Assembly (NCBI GenBank): GCA_022822495.1
Contig: JAJEBQ010000040.1
Location: 1,905 to 65,904, forward strand
Source: Paracoccaceae bacterium
GTDB taxonomy: Bacteria; Pseudomonadota; Alphaproteobacteria; Rhodobacterales; Rhodobacteraceae
Length of the DNA: 64,000 bases
Reading direction: 5' to 3'
The notes under the pieces were generated by a model that saw only the letters and a program-made list of their open reading frames with translations, had not been told where the DNA came from and made no database searches. Shown piece after piece: positions 38,414 to 48,077 of the stretch. Position 1 is the first letter of the stretch. Each line of letters opens with the position of its first letter. The translations under genes and the position numbers were made by a program.

Positions 38414-39809
38414 ACTTTGCTGCCCCTTCTCCGGCAAGCCGGCCAAAAACTGTTCCTATGGTCATACCAAACCCCGCGAGATAACCCTCTCCCAATATAG
38501 AACCTGCCATGATCTCCCCTGCTGCCCAAAGATTTTTTACAGCACCATGCTCGCCCTGCACCTGGGCATTACAATCAACCTTCAAACCAAGGTAGGTAAA
38601 AGTAACCCCAGGTCGTAATTCGTACCCGTAGAACGGTGGTTCATTTATCGGGCGTGCCCAATTGGATTTTGGTGGACTTAGCCCATGGGTGGCAAGTCCA
38701 TCAAGTTCGGTAGGATGAAATTCACCAGGCCGGCAGGCCTTATTGAAATCATTCAGGGTACTGACAGTCTTTGATATAGGGAGTTTCATCGTTTGGGCCA
38801 ACTCTTTGATTGTAGCACCTTGCATTGGTGGAAAAACTGACGGCATAAACAATTCGACTGATTTTGCATCTATAAATGCATATCCAACCTGATCTGGTTG
38901 TTCTGCTATCAATCGTCCCCAAATGGCATAGCGTTTTGGCCATACATCTTCGCCTTCATCATAAAATCGTTCACCATTCTTATTCACGACGACTGAAAAG
39001 GGTACGCAATCAAGTCGAGTAACTATCCCCCCATCAAATTTTGGCGCTCGACCATCAATAGCCACCGCATGACATTGGGTTGGGTCGCCAACTGTTTTGA
39101 TGCCCTGATCTATCAGGTCTTTCAAAACCACTCCACGATTATAGGGTGTCCCACGTATCAGGAAATTACGAGCCGCTTCACCCCAAGCCTTGGCCAACCA
39201 ATCAATATCAGCTTGGAATCCTCCTGAAGCGACAACAACCGCCTTTGGTTTCAGGGTGATAATTTCATTATCAATTTGAACCGTCACCTCAGTAATCTTC
39301 TTTCCATCATAAGCAAGGTGCAACACATTTGCGTTATAAATTACTTGAACCCCAATGCTTTCAGCTGTGCGATAATATGCATTGACAAGCGCTTTGCCTC
39401 CACCCAGAAAAAAAGCATTTGTACGATTAAGAGAAAGCGTACCAGAAAGTGGAGGTTGAAATCGAGCACCATGTGAAGCCATCCAGTCATATGCCTCCTT
39501 CGAGGCACGTATACACAAGCGGGCAAGTTCTTCATCCGTTTTTCCTTTTGTCACCTTCAGGAGATCTTCAAAATATTCAGTCTCGCTATAAGACCCGGTC
39601 AAAACTCCCATAGGTTCCTTATGCATACAGCGAAAGTTTCTCGTATGACGGCTATTCCCGCCACGATAATGTTTGGGAGCGCTTTCCAATAGTAAAACGG
39701 ATGTGCCTTCTTCTTTGGCAGTTAGAGCAGAACAAAGTGCCGCATTACCGCCACCGGCAATCAATACATCTGGACTGGTATTGAGATTACTATTGGACAT
39801 GGCAGTCAT
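38403..39809 (-). CDS. tcuA: FAD-dependent tricarballylate dehydrogenase TcuA
   Basis: DVLIAGGGNAALCSALTAKEEG...RGGNSRHTRNFRCMH matches the TcuA signature as I recall it. 468 aa. Confidence 0.8.
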   Translation of the reverse strand: MTAMSNSNLNTSPDVLIAGGGNAALCSALTAKEEGTSVLLLESAPKHYRGGNSRHTRNFRCMHKEPMGVLTGSYSETEYFEDLLKVTKGKTDEELARLCIRASKEAYDWMASHGARFQPPLSGTLSLNRTNAFFLGGGKALVNAYYRTAESIGVQVIYNANVLHLAYDGKKITEVTVQIDNEIITLKPKAVVVASGGFQADIDWLAKAWGEAARNFLIRGTPYNRGVVLKDLIDQGIKTVGDPTQCHAVAIDGRAPKFDGGIVTRLDCVPFSVVVNKNGERFYDEGEDVWPKRYAIWGRLIAEQPDQVGYAFIDAKSVELFMPSVFPPMQGATIKELAQTMKLPISKTVSTLNDFNKACRPGEFHPTELDGLATHGLSPPKSNWARPINEPPFYGYELRPGVTFTYLGLKVDCNAQVQGEHGAVKNLWAAGEIMAGSILGEGYLAGFGMTIGTVFGRLAGEGAAKYVR

Positions 39810-39893
39810 GCCATTATCGGCAAAAGGAGGTAGAAAGGTTTAAGGTCTGGCCCAAAAACCTTTCTCCGGTCAATTTATTTTCAATTAAAGATT

Positions 39894-40871
39894 TTAGAGA
39901 GCACCAGCTTCACGGTAGTACCTTTCAGCTCCAGGATGAAGTTGAATCATGCCTCTTAGTTGAGCACCAAAATTTACATCCAATGCTTTGGCCCATGGCG
40001 CTGTGGATGTAACCTGTTCGATGTTTTCCCAGAATCCCTTTGTTATCTGATAGACTGTCTCTTCATCCAAATCGGCTCGAACTGCAATTCCTACAGCGGT
40101 ATTGAAGGAAGCAACCGCAGTGTCATTTTTCTGACCATCATATTGACCTGGTTCAACCATATCGACATATCTGAATGCTCCAAGCCATTTCGTGACCTGT
40201 TCGCCTTCGGAACTTTCAGGTCCAAGGAACCTTACATCTTCGGTTTCAGTAAACTGAATGAACTGTCCGCATGGATCAATACACCCATTTACGTAGACGT
40301 CAATTTTGCCATCAAGAAATGCCTGAAAACCTGTCTGCCAATTAGCCTTAATTGCTTCATAGTCCTCATTGGCTACTAGACCGGTAGTGGATTCTACCCA
40401 TCCTTTGGCGGCGTTATATGCTCCACCTCCTGCAGGACCCAGAAATACCGATGCGCCCTCAATATCATCCAATAGTTCGATATCACTCCCAGCCCTGACT
40501 GCAAAGTGGTATTGACCATAAGGATACCACATCAAGAGCCTTAGATTTTTTGCCAGCTCAGGAGCTTCCGCTTCCTTGGCATACATGGCCTTGCCTCCTG
40601 CCATCAAATTATAGACAACAGGTGAGGTCATGGACAAGTCCAGGTTTCCACGCCCAACTTCCATCATGTGGATTGTCGCCGCTCCTCCACCCGACACTTC
40701 AATTTCAATTCCCTCGACGTTATCTGTCACGATATTGGCAAAAGTAGCCATGGTAATGGCGGCCCCCAAACTTGGGGCAATGGTTGCCATCCTTAATGTT
40801 TGACTTTGAGCGTTGGCAGAAAATGCCATGCAAGAGATGGCGACGACCATCACAATAAATTTTTTCCCCAT
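39894..40871 (-). CDS. TAXI-family TRAP transporter solute-binding protein
   Basis: Signal peptide. About 325 aa, the size of a periplasmic binding protein. It lies immediately downstream of a 708-aa fused 4TM/12TM TRAP permease, an arrangement typical of TAXI-TRAP. Confidence 0.7.
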   Translation of the reverse strand: MGKKFIVMVVAISCMAFSANAQSQTLRMATIAPSLGAAITMATFANIVTDNVEGIEIEVSGGGAATIHMMEVGRGNLDLSMTSPVVYNLMAGGKAMYAKEAEAPELAKNLRLLMWYPYGQYHFAVRAGSDIELLDDIEGASVFLGPAGGGAYNAAKGWVESTTGLVANEDYEAIKANWQTGFQAFLDGKIDVYVNGCIDPCGQFIQFTETEDVRFLGPESSEGEQVTKWLGAFRYVDMVEPGQYDGQKNDTAVASFNTAVGIAVRADLDEETVYQITKGFWENIEQVTSTAPWAKALDVNFGAQLRGMIQLHPGAERYYREAGAL

Positions 40872-40881
40872 TTTTACTCCT

Positions 40882-43008
40882 TTAAAAATTCTTTCCCAGG
40901 GGTGAAAGACCCTTTGGTTTTGTAATTCTGTCGATCACAATTAAAGTAATGGCTCCCCCCAGTGCAATCAAGCCGATTGTCACATTGGGAACTAGGACTG
41001 CAATTCCTACGATGGTTCTAAACAATCGGTTAATAACTGATAATGACCTTTTATCGAACCCTGCCAGCGCGGAGGCCAACAACCACATCGCGATCGAAAA
41101 AGCCAAAATAATCCAACCTAATTCGCCCCAACTCACAGTTGAAATATCTATCATGGCTGGTGAATTTACAGGCTTTCCTTCGACCCACTCAAAGAGCACC
41201 TGAAGTTTGTAAATTGCTGCCGGATGATAAATAAAAATAAAGGGAATCAAGAATCCAGCTAATGATAACCGTGCAGCGCTCAAGCCTGTACTTATTGGAT
41301 CTGCCCCGGCAATAGGAGCTGCTGCAAAAGCAGCGAGCGCAACTGGGGGAGTAACTGTTGAAATCACGGCAAAATAGACAACGAAAAGATGAAGTGACAA
41401 AAGTGGAATTCCAACCGCTTCAATACCCGAGGAAAGAGCGATCACGATGATAAAATACGTAGCCCCTGGAGGAAGCCCCATACCAAGAATGATTGATCCC
41501 ACGGCTAGGACAATCAATACACTAAACAACGGCCCATTTGCTGCCTGAGCCAAAAGGAGCGATAATCTTCCGCTAAATCCGGAAACTTGAATCAATCCCA
41601 CAATTAATCCAATTCCAGCAACAATGATAATTATTGATGCTGCCATTCGGCCAGCTCTGACAAAAGCAGCATATACCCTTGACCAGGAACGAAATTCAGG
41701 AAACAAAACCAGTGAGGCTATTATGGCAGCGACGAAACCAAAAAATCCTGCCTTGGGAACCGATGGTTGGGCAAAGAGAAAATAGGATAGAACAGCCAAA
41801 GGTACTATAAATACCAGACACTTGATTTGTTCCTGCCGAGTTAAGTTTGGTCTGCTTGCACGTGGCAGAGGTCCTATACCTTTTTTTCGTGCTTCAAAAT
41901 ACACGGTCATAAATGTACCCATATAATAAAATAGTGCAGGGATTATGGCTGCAATGACAATGTAGCGATACTCAAGCCCTATCTGACCAGCCACAAAAAA
42001 AGCAACCACTCCCATTACAGGTGGCATAATTTGACCGCCGGTTGAAGCCGACGCTTCAACAGCACCAGCGAACGCTGGTTTAAAACCGGATTTCTTGATT
42101 ACCGGTATAGTCATTGTCCCGGTAGAAACAACATTTGAGATGGCTGCACCCGATAGCATCCCAAAGAGGGCTGAACTGGCAACGGCTGCATGGGCAGCAC
42201 CTCCTGTTAAACCACCGGTAAGTCGATTGGCTATTTTCAAGAGAAGTTCACCTGCACCGGAAGCCATCAGCACAGAGCCGAACACAATAAATACCAGGAC
42301 ATTACCTGACACAACCTGCAGGGGACGACCGAACATACCACCTGTCTGTGACCAGAAATTAAGGACCATGGCTCGCAAACTTTGCTCAAGTGTCGAACTG
42401 GAACCTGCAAAAATACCTGTCCATTCCGGCAGATAACCTCTTATAAAGAAATAAAGGATCCAAAAAATGCAAAAAGCAACTATGAATGAACCAAAATACC
42501 GATAGGTCACGTAAAGGGTGATGATTGTTGCTATGGGAAAAAGAAAATTATCTATTGGATTCGCTGTTGGCAACAATCCTGCATCTACGGAAAACAGTTT
42601 GGCAATCCAAAGAATAAATACAGATGTGGATAGAAGACCCAAGAACCAATTAACCCATTGGAATTGAGGGGATTTATGAAGTGTCAGGAGTGATATAGCG
42701 AAGGAAAGGATAATCGGCAGTCCCAAGATCAAACCAGTGGGTAACAAAAAACCACGTTCAAAAATTCGATATGCTGCCCCTAACCAATGTTCTCTGAAAA
42801 GGACCCTTTGTTCACGGCGTGATAATTCTGAAAAATCGGTTGTGGTCTGTTCAATTATCCACCGAACGAACTCTGACATTGGTCCTGAAGCTGCATAAAT
42901 CAGGATAATCAGGGCAAACCCAACACAAAGAAAATTTTCAACTCGGGTGGTTATATTGTTGGGACCAGCCAGAGGTGGAGTCATTTCAAGGTTTTTATTG
43001 ACAGCCAT
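40882..43008 (-). CDS. TRAP transporter fused permease (TAXI-type, DctQ/DctM-like fusion)
   Basis: 708 aa and highly polytopic. The size and adjacency to the TAXI binding protein support the call. Confidence 0.75.
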   Translation of the reverse strand: MAVNKNLEMTPPLAGPNNITTRVENFLCVGFALIILIYAASGPMSEFVRWIIEQTTTDFSELSRREQRVLFREHWLGAAYRIFERGFLLPTGLILGLPIILSFAISLLTLHKSPQFQWVNWFLGLLSTSVFILWIAKLFSVDAGLLPTANPIDNFLFPIATIITLYVTYRYFGSFIVAFCIFWILYFFIRGYLPEWTGIFAGSSSTLEQSLRAMVLNFWSQTGGMFGRPLQVVSGNVLVFIVFGSVLMASGAGELLLKIANRLTGGLTGGAAHAAVASSALFGMLSGAAISNVVSTGTMTIPVIKKSGFKPAFAGAVEASASTGGQIMPPVMGVVAFFVAGQIGLEYRYIVIAAIIPALFYYMGTFMTVYFEARKKGIGPLPRASRPNLTRQEQIKCLVFIVPLAVLSYFLFAQPSVPKAGFFGFVAAIIASLVLFPEFRSWSRVYAAFVRAGRMAASIIIIVAGIGLIVGLIQVSGFSGRLSLLLAQAANGPLFSVLIVLAVGSIILGMGLPPGATYFIIVIALSSGIEAVGIPLLSLHLFVVYFAVISTVTPPVALAAFAAAPIAGADPISTGLSAARLSLAGFLIPFIFIYHPAAIYKLQVLFEWVEGKPVNSPAMIDISTVSWGELGWIILAFSIAMWLLASALAGFDKRSLSVINRLFRTIVGIAVLVPNVTIGLIALGGAITLIVIDRITKPKGLSPLGKNF

Positions 43009-43274
43009 TAACTGGATAAGCTTTTATACCAGTCCCAAGACTGATTAACCTGGCGAACCGAAGAGTTCCAGAAAGTGAAATTCAACGGGATTTTACTGTA
43101 ATCATGCCAAAGGGAATAACAATTCATGACAGAACCTGTTGAGGTACATAGATGGAGTTTTCTTATGCAAAACCCCTACCTTTGTCAAAGCACTATTTTT
43201 TGGATATTCTTGTCAAGAATTCTGAGGGGACAAAATCAAATTGTCGTTCGTGAGAAAATTTTGACCCTTATGCA

Positions 43275-44669
43275 TTAGATGTGAATTGCCCTGCCATATG
43301 CCCCGAGAACACTTTCATGCATCATCTCGGACAAGGTGGGATGTGGAAAAACGGCATCCATTAACTCGGCTTCGGTTGTTTCAAGTTGTCTCCCTACGAC
43401 ATAACCCTGAATGAGTTCTGTAACTTCTGATCCCACCATATGGGCACCAAGCAATTCACCGGTTTTGTCATCAAAAATAGTCTTAATCATACCCTCTGAT
43501 TCACCCAAGGCTATAGCTTTACCATTACCAATAAAGGGAAAACGACCTACCTTGTATTTGATACCTGAACCCTTGCATTCATCTTCCGTAAGTCCTACGG
43601 ATGCTATTTGCGGCATGGAATAGGTGCAACCAGGTATCAATGTTGAAGTGACCTGATGCGGTTTGCCTCCTCCAATCAGTTCAGCAACCATTACCCCTTC
43701 ATGACTAGCTTTATGCGCCAACCAGGGAGGGCCAGCAACATCCCCTATGGCATAAACGCTAGGAACACCTGTCTGGCAAAATTCATCAACCACAATATGA
43801 CTCTTTTCAACCTTGACGCCAATTTGTTCAAGGTTGAGATTTTCGACATTACCGACAATACCGACAGCGGAAATAATCGTATCAAATGTAGCCTTGGTTT
43901 CACTCTTGGAATCGACTATGGTCGCCTCAACTCCATCTTTTACCTTTGTTATTCCTTTGACCTGCGTCCCTTCCAAGATGGTCATTCCATGTTTTTGGAA
44001 TTGCTTTTTGGCAAAGGCAGAAATTTCCTTATCCTCGACCGGAAGTATTGTATCCATCATTTCAACCACGGTGGTATCTGAACCGATCGAGTTGAAAAAA
44101 CTTGCAAATTCAATACCAATTGCACCTGACCCCACAACAAGTAATTTTTTTGGTACCCTGGACGGTTGCAACGCTTCCCTGTAAGCCCAGACATTTTTTC
44201 CGTCAACTTCTAATCCTGGCACCTGTCTGGCTCTTGCACCCGTAGCTATGACAATGTTTTTGGCTGTAATTACAGTTTCATTACCCTCGCTCTTGATCAT
44301 CAATTCATTTTTGGATTTGAATTCGGCATCGCCATTAAAGACAGTAACTTTATTCTTTCTAAGGAGATGAGTTACACCACCTGATAATTGTTTGGCTATA
44401 CTTCGTGAACGCTTGATTATTTGGCTGAGGTCAAAATCCACCTTTTCAGCTTTCAGCCCGAATTCTGAAGCTCTTTGCATAAGATGATACACTTCAGCAG
44501 ATCTGAGAATGGATTTTGTAGGGATACATCCCCAATTCAAGCAAATTCCACCTAAATCTTCTCTCTCTATCACGGCGACATTTAAACCCAGTTGACTACC
44601 TCTGATGGCTGAAACATATCCTCCTGGTCCTGAACCAATTACAATCATGTCAAATTGTTTTTTTGTCAT
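43275..44669 (-). CDS. lpdA: Dihydrolipoyl dehydrogenase
   Basis: GSGPGGYVSAIR FAD fold, redox disulfide GGICLNWGCIPTK, and the C-terminal HAHPTLSE-like FPHPTLSE. Confidence 0.9.
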   Translation of the reverse strand: MTKKQFDMIVIGSGPGGYVSAIRGSQLGLNVAVIEREDLGGICLNWGCIPTKSILRSAEVYHLMQRASEFGLKAEKVDFDLSQIIKRSRSIAKQLSGGVTHLLRKNKVTVFNGDAEFKSKNELMIKSEGNETVITAKNIVIATGARARQVPGLEVDGKNVWAYREALQPSRVPKKLLVVGSGAIGIEFASFFNSIGSDTTVVEMMDTILPVEDKEISAFAKKQFQKHGMTILEGTQVKGITKVKDGVEATIVDSKSETKATFDTIISAVGIVGNVENLNLEQIGVKVEKSHIVVDEFCQTGVPSVYAIGDVAGPPWLAHKASHEGVMVAELIGGGKPHQVTSTLIPGCTYSMPQIASVGLTEDECKGSGIKYKVGRFPFIGNGKAIALGESEGMIKTIFDDKTGELLGAHMVGSEVTELIQGYVVGRQLETTEAELMDAVFPHPTLSEMMHESVLGAYGRAIHI

Positions 44670-44714
44670 TTGATTACCTTTATTTCATAAAGTGTATTTG
44701 CAGATAGACTGATC

Positions 44715-45320
44715 TCATGAACGCTCTTTCTCGGCACCTTCTATCATTCCAACCACCTCACCATACCCCACATTTTCCAACCATGAAGATTCCTCAGGGG
44801 TATTTTGGCGTTTAAGGGCTTCATTTCGGTATGGGAATCTACCAAATTTTTCGATTATATGTTTATGTGCCTTGGCGTGTATCAAATTATTTTTACCATC
44901 ATCTCCGAGCCGGCTTGAAATCAGTTCAATACATTTGTTTTGATCATTCAAATCTTCCGAGTGCATAAATGGGAGGTAAAAAAAACCTCTCCTAGCAACC
45001 CCGTGTTGTAAATCAAAATCTTTTTCAATAGCTTCCCCAGCCAACTTTATAGCTACGGAATCCAATTCAAAGGATCGACCGTCACCCCGGAACATATTTC
45101 TCGAAAATTGATCTAATATCAAAATAAGTGCGAGGGATCCATTTGGTGTATCTTTCCACTGATCCAGTTTGCCATTTGTTGCATCTTCATAGGAGTTCAG
45201 GAACCTGTCACGAATCAGATTATCAACCTCCTCACCACCATTAAACCTTTGACTTGGCTCCAACTCATCAAACCAAAAATGCAATACATCTTCTACGGTT
45301 ACCATTGTTTCAATCTCCAA
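44715..45320 (-). CDS. DUF924-family protein
   Basis: VLHFWFDEL...RFNGGEEVD..IRDRF and FYLPFMHSE are typical of DUF924. Confidence 0.65.
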   Translation of the reverse strand: MEIETMVTVEDVLHFWFDELEPSQRFNGGEEVDNLIRDRFLNSYEDATNGKLDQWKDTPNGSLALILILDQFSRNMFRGDGRSFELDSVAIKLAGEAIEKDFDLQHGVARRGFFYLPFMHSEDLNDQNKCIELISSRLGDDGKNNLIHAKAHKHIIEKFGRFPYRNEALKRQNTPEESSWLENVGYGEVVGMIEGAEKERS

Positions 45321-45349
45321 AATTGATCATTACCTTTATTTCTATCGTT

Positions 45350-46009
45350 TCAAACATTGAGTTCCCTAACCAAAAAATGCAGGCCAACACCCAACCCTAC
45401 TGGAGAAATACTATGCTCTGAACCTGTTGAGGAATAAGTATAAACTTTGAATCCGTTACTCGTTAGATTTTTTTCTGCACTTGTAAGCTCACTGTAAGGA
45501 ACAACAGGATCATCGCGGTCATGAACTAGTAATACGGGAGGGCGGAATTTGATATCTTTCTCATTTTGATAGGGAAACAGGATCCGTCCAGAAAAGCCGA
45601 CAACTGCCGCCAGTTGATAAGAGCATTTTGGAGCATACTCCAAAGCAAGCATCGTGCCTTGCGAGAATCCAACCAGGGCTATGTTCTTTGGATCAACATC
45701 ATGTTCTTTTATGGTTTCTGAAATCAAGCCATCAAGGGCTACGAGAGACTGTTGCAACGTTTTGCCGACCTCAATGGCAGTGGAACCATCATATGTGGGT
45801 AGTGAAAACCATTGAAAACCTTCTGGATTGATCGGGCAGGGTTGCGGTCCATTGGGAGCCAGAAATAGGGTATCCCTTAAAGATGAATTCATATGTTCTG
45901 AAAGGTTGAGTAAGTCCTTACCGTTCGCACCATACCCATGTAAAAATATCACAATATTTTTGATGTTACCTGATTTTGGTTCAGTTCTTTCAATAGTCAG
46001 TTTTGTCAT
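45350..46009 (-). CDS. Alpha/beta hydrolase, phospholipase/carboxylesterase family
   Basis: IVIFLHGYGANGKDL and the nucleophile elbow GFSQGT. The start shares 1 nt with the stop of the upstream gene. Confidence 0.7.
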   Translation of the reverse strand: MTKLTIERTEPKSGNIKNIVIFLHGYGANGKDLLNLSEHMNSSLRDTLFLAPNGPQPCPINPEGFQWFSLPTYDGSTAIEVGKTLQQSLVALDGLISETIKEHDVDPKNIALVGFSQGTMLALEYAPKCSYQLAAVVGFSGRILFPYQNEKDIKFRPPVLLVHDRDDPVVPYSELTSAEKNLTSNGFKVYTYSSTGSEHSISPVGLGVGLHFLVRELNV

Positions 46010-46650
46010 TAACGGATTCCCTCCCGATTTTTTTCAACTCTGTAATAGGCCCAAAGAACTCTTGCCGCCACGCTTCTCCAGGGCGACCAGTTGTCGGACA
46101 TCTTTCTCAATTCCTTTTCTGTTGGTCTATTTGGCAACCCAAAGAGAATTTTTGTACTTTCCTGGAGAGCAAGATCACCTGCAGCAATGATGTCTCTCCT
46201 CCCCAGGGAAAACATTAGATATATTTCTGCTGTCCAAGTACCAATACCTGGTAGTGTCGTAAGCGACTTTATTACAACCTCATCAGGTTGATTGTGCAAA
46301 TAATCATAATCCAATTCACTTTTTGCCAAAGCGATCAAGTAACGCGTTTTTTGCCTCGATATGCCACAGGCTTTGAGTTGTTCCTCGGTCGCCTTGGCAA
46401 GTTTGGATTGATTCTTAAAACCCGCATCACCCAACCGTTTGCTGATGGCATTAGCAGAGGCAACTGAAACCTGTTGGCTTAAAATCATTTCCAGCAAGGC
46501 TTTGAATCCTCCCTCGCGTCTTCGCAGTGGTATTTCACCTGCAAGGGCTATTGCATCAGCGAATTTTGGTTCGACTTTTTCCAGGTAACCTAAACCTTCA
46601 AGAATATCCCTTTGGGTCTCAATCAAATCCTTTCTGGCTTTTAATGGCAA
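46009..46650 (-). CDS. DNA-3-methyladenine glycosylase II family (HhH-GPD)
   Basis: LPGIGTWTAEIYLMF HhH motif and the downstream catalytic Asp context AAGDLAL. Confidence 0.75.
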   Translation of the reverse strand: MPLKARKDLIETQRDILEGLGYLEKVEPKFADAIALAGEIPLRRREGGFKALLEMILSQQVSVASANAISKRLGDAGFKNQSKLAKATEEQLKACGISRQKTRYLIALAKSELDYDYLHNQPDEVVIKSLTTLPGIGTWTAEIYLMFSLGRRDIIAAGDLALQESTKILFGLPNRPTEKELRKMSDNWSPWRSVAARVLWAYYRVEKNREGIR

Positions 46651-46797
46651 TGTGTTCTCTTGACCTCATTTTTAGTTATCAGTGGTTTAATTTATACCGA
46701 ATTAGGTTATTTCAACTCATTGACGAAAAGAAAAAAGAGGAAACCATAGTTGAATTTGTTGAGTACTTCTCATCTTACGAAAGCGAAAGTAATTTGA

Positions 46798-48018
46798 ATG
46801 CAACTCCGTAGAGAATATAAAAATGTGTTGGTTCTGGTTATTGCCCAGGCCATAGTTGGTGCCCAATTACCGATTGCGGTTACCATTATGGGTCTGATCG
46901 GCCAAAATTTGGCTTCCAATTTATGTTGGGCAACTTTGCCTATTTCACTTATGGTTTTTGGTTCAATGACAACAGCGCCCTGGCTGGGTCTTGTCATGCA
47001 GAAATTTGGTCGAAGAGTCGGATTCTGGTGTGGTTGTTTTGGAGGTCTTACCGGTGGAGCTATAGGGCTTTTCGCCCTTAGTATATCATCTTTCGAACTC
47101 TTTCTGGTGGGCGCATACTTCACTGGTATTTATATGTCTACAAATGGTTTTCTGAGATTTGCAGCAGCGGATACGGCAAGCCCTGAGTTTCGACCTAAAG
47201 CTGTTTCCTATGCTTTGGCCGGTGGTTTGTTTGCAGCTATCCTGGGACCACAGTTGGTGAACTTTACGTATGAAATGGGTGCACAACAATACATGGGAAC
47301 ATATTTTGCTGTCATGATATTAAATTCACTGGGGTTTGTGATTTTTAATTTCCTTGATATTCCCAAAGTTGAGAAAGGCAAGGAAAACACATTTGTTGAT
47401 AAATCCTATTTGGATTTTTTGAAAAATCCAACCATCCTGGTTGCCATTATTTGTGGTAGTGTCTCGTACGCCCTGATGAATTTGGTTATGACCTCTACCC
47501 CACTCGCTGTCGTTGGTATGGGACATAGCCATTACAGTGCTTCGAATATTGTTTCTGCACATGTTTTGGCCATGTTCATACCCTCTTTCTTTACAGGACA
47601 TCTTATAGCCAGATATGGAGCCGAGAGAATAGTTTCCTATGGATTATTGCTGTTAACTTTTTCAGGTGCAGTAGGCCTTATGGGAATTGAATTGGGGCAT
47701 TTCTATGTAGCACTTATTCTTCTTGGTCTCGGCTGGAACTTTGGGTTTATTGGTGCCACCAACCTCTTACTGACTGCACACAAATCCCACGAAAGGGGTA
47801 AAGTTCAAGGTCTTAATGACTTTCTTGTATTTGGATCAGTAACCCTTGCTTCTCTAACCTCAGGAACCCTCATGAATTGCACAGGCGGGTCTGCACAAGC
47901 AGGCTGGTCGCTGGTAAATTGGGCAATGGTACCCTTCTTGATCCTGGCAGCAGGTTCGCTTGGATGGTTATACTTCCACAAGAAAAATCGTAAAGAGTCG
48001 GTTGAAAGAGTGTTTTGA
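46798..48018 (+). CDS. MFS transporter
   Basis: About 12 predicted TM helices, 406 aa, with an MFS-like loop GLVMQKFGRR. Confidence 0.65.
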   Translation: MQLRREYKNVLVLVIAQAIVGAQLPIAVTIMGLIGQNLASNLCWATLPISLMVFGSMTTAPWLGLVMQKFGRRVGFWCGCFGGLTGGAIGLFALSISSFELFLVGAYFTGIYMSTNGFLRFAAADTASPEFRPKAVSYALAGGLFAAILGPQLVNFTYEMGAQQYMGTYFAVMILNSLGFVIFNFLDIPKVEKGKENTFVDKSYLDFLKNPTILVAIICGSVSYALMNLVMTSTPLAVVGMGHSHYSASNIVSAHVLAMFIPSFFTGHLIARYGAERIVSYGLLLLTFSGAVGLMGIELGHFYVALILLGLGWNFGFIGATNLLLTAHKSHERGKVQGLNDFLVFGSVTLASLTSGTLMNCTGGSAQAGWSLVNWAMVPFLILAAGSLGWLYFHKKNRKESVERVF

Positions 48019-48077
48019 TCCCCTGTTGCCAGCCTCTTCCGATCAATACAAAACATGTCCGTTAGTACATAATAGAT

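Noticed and set aside
46770-47123. 117-aa minus-strand ORF overlapping the MFS transporter start
   Set aside because: It is antisense to a convincing 12-TM MFS gene. The Pro/Lys-rich translation has no family resemblance.
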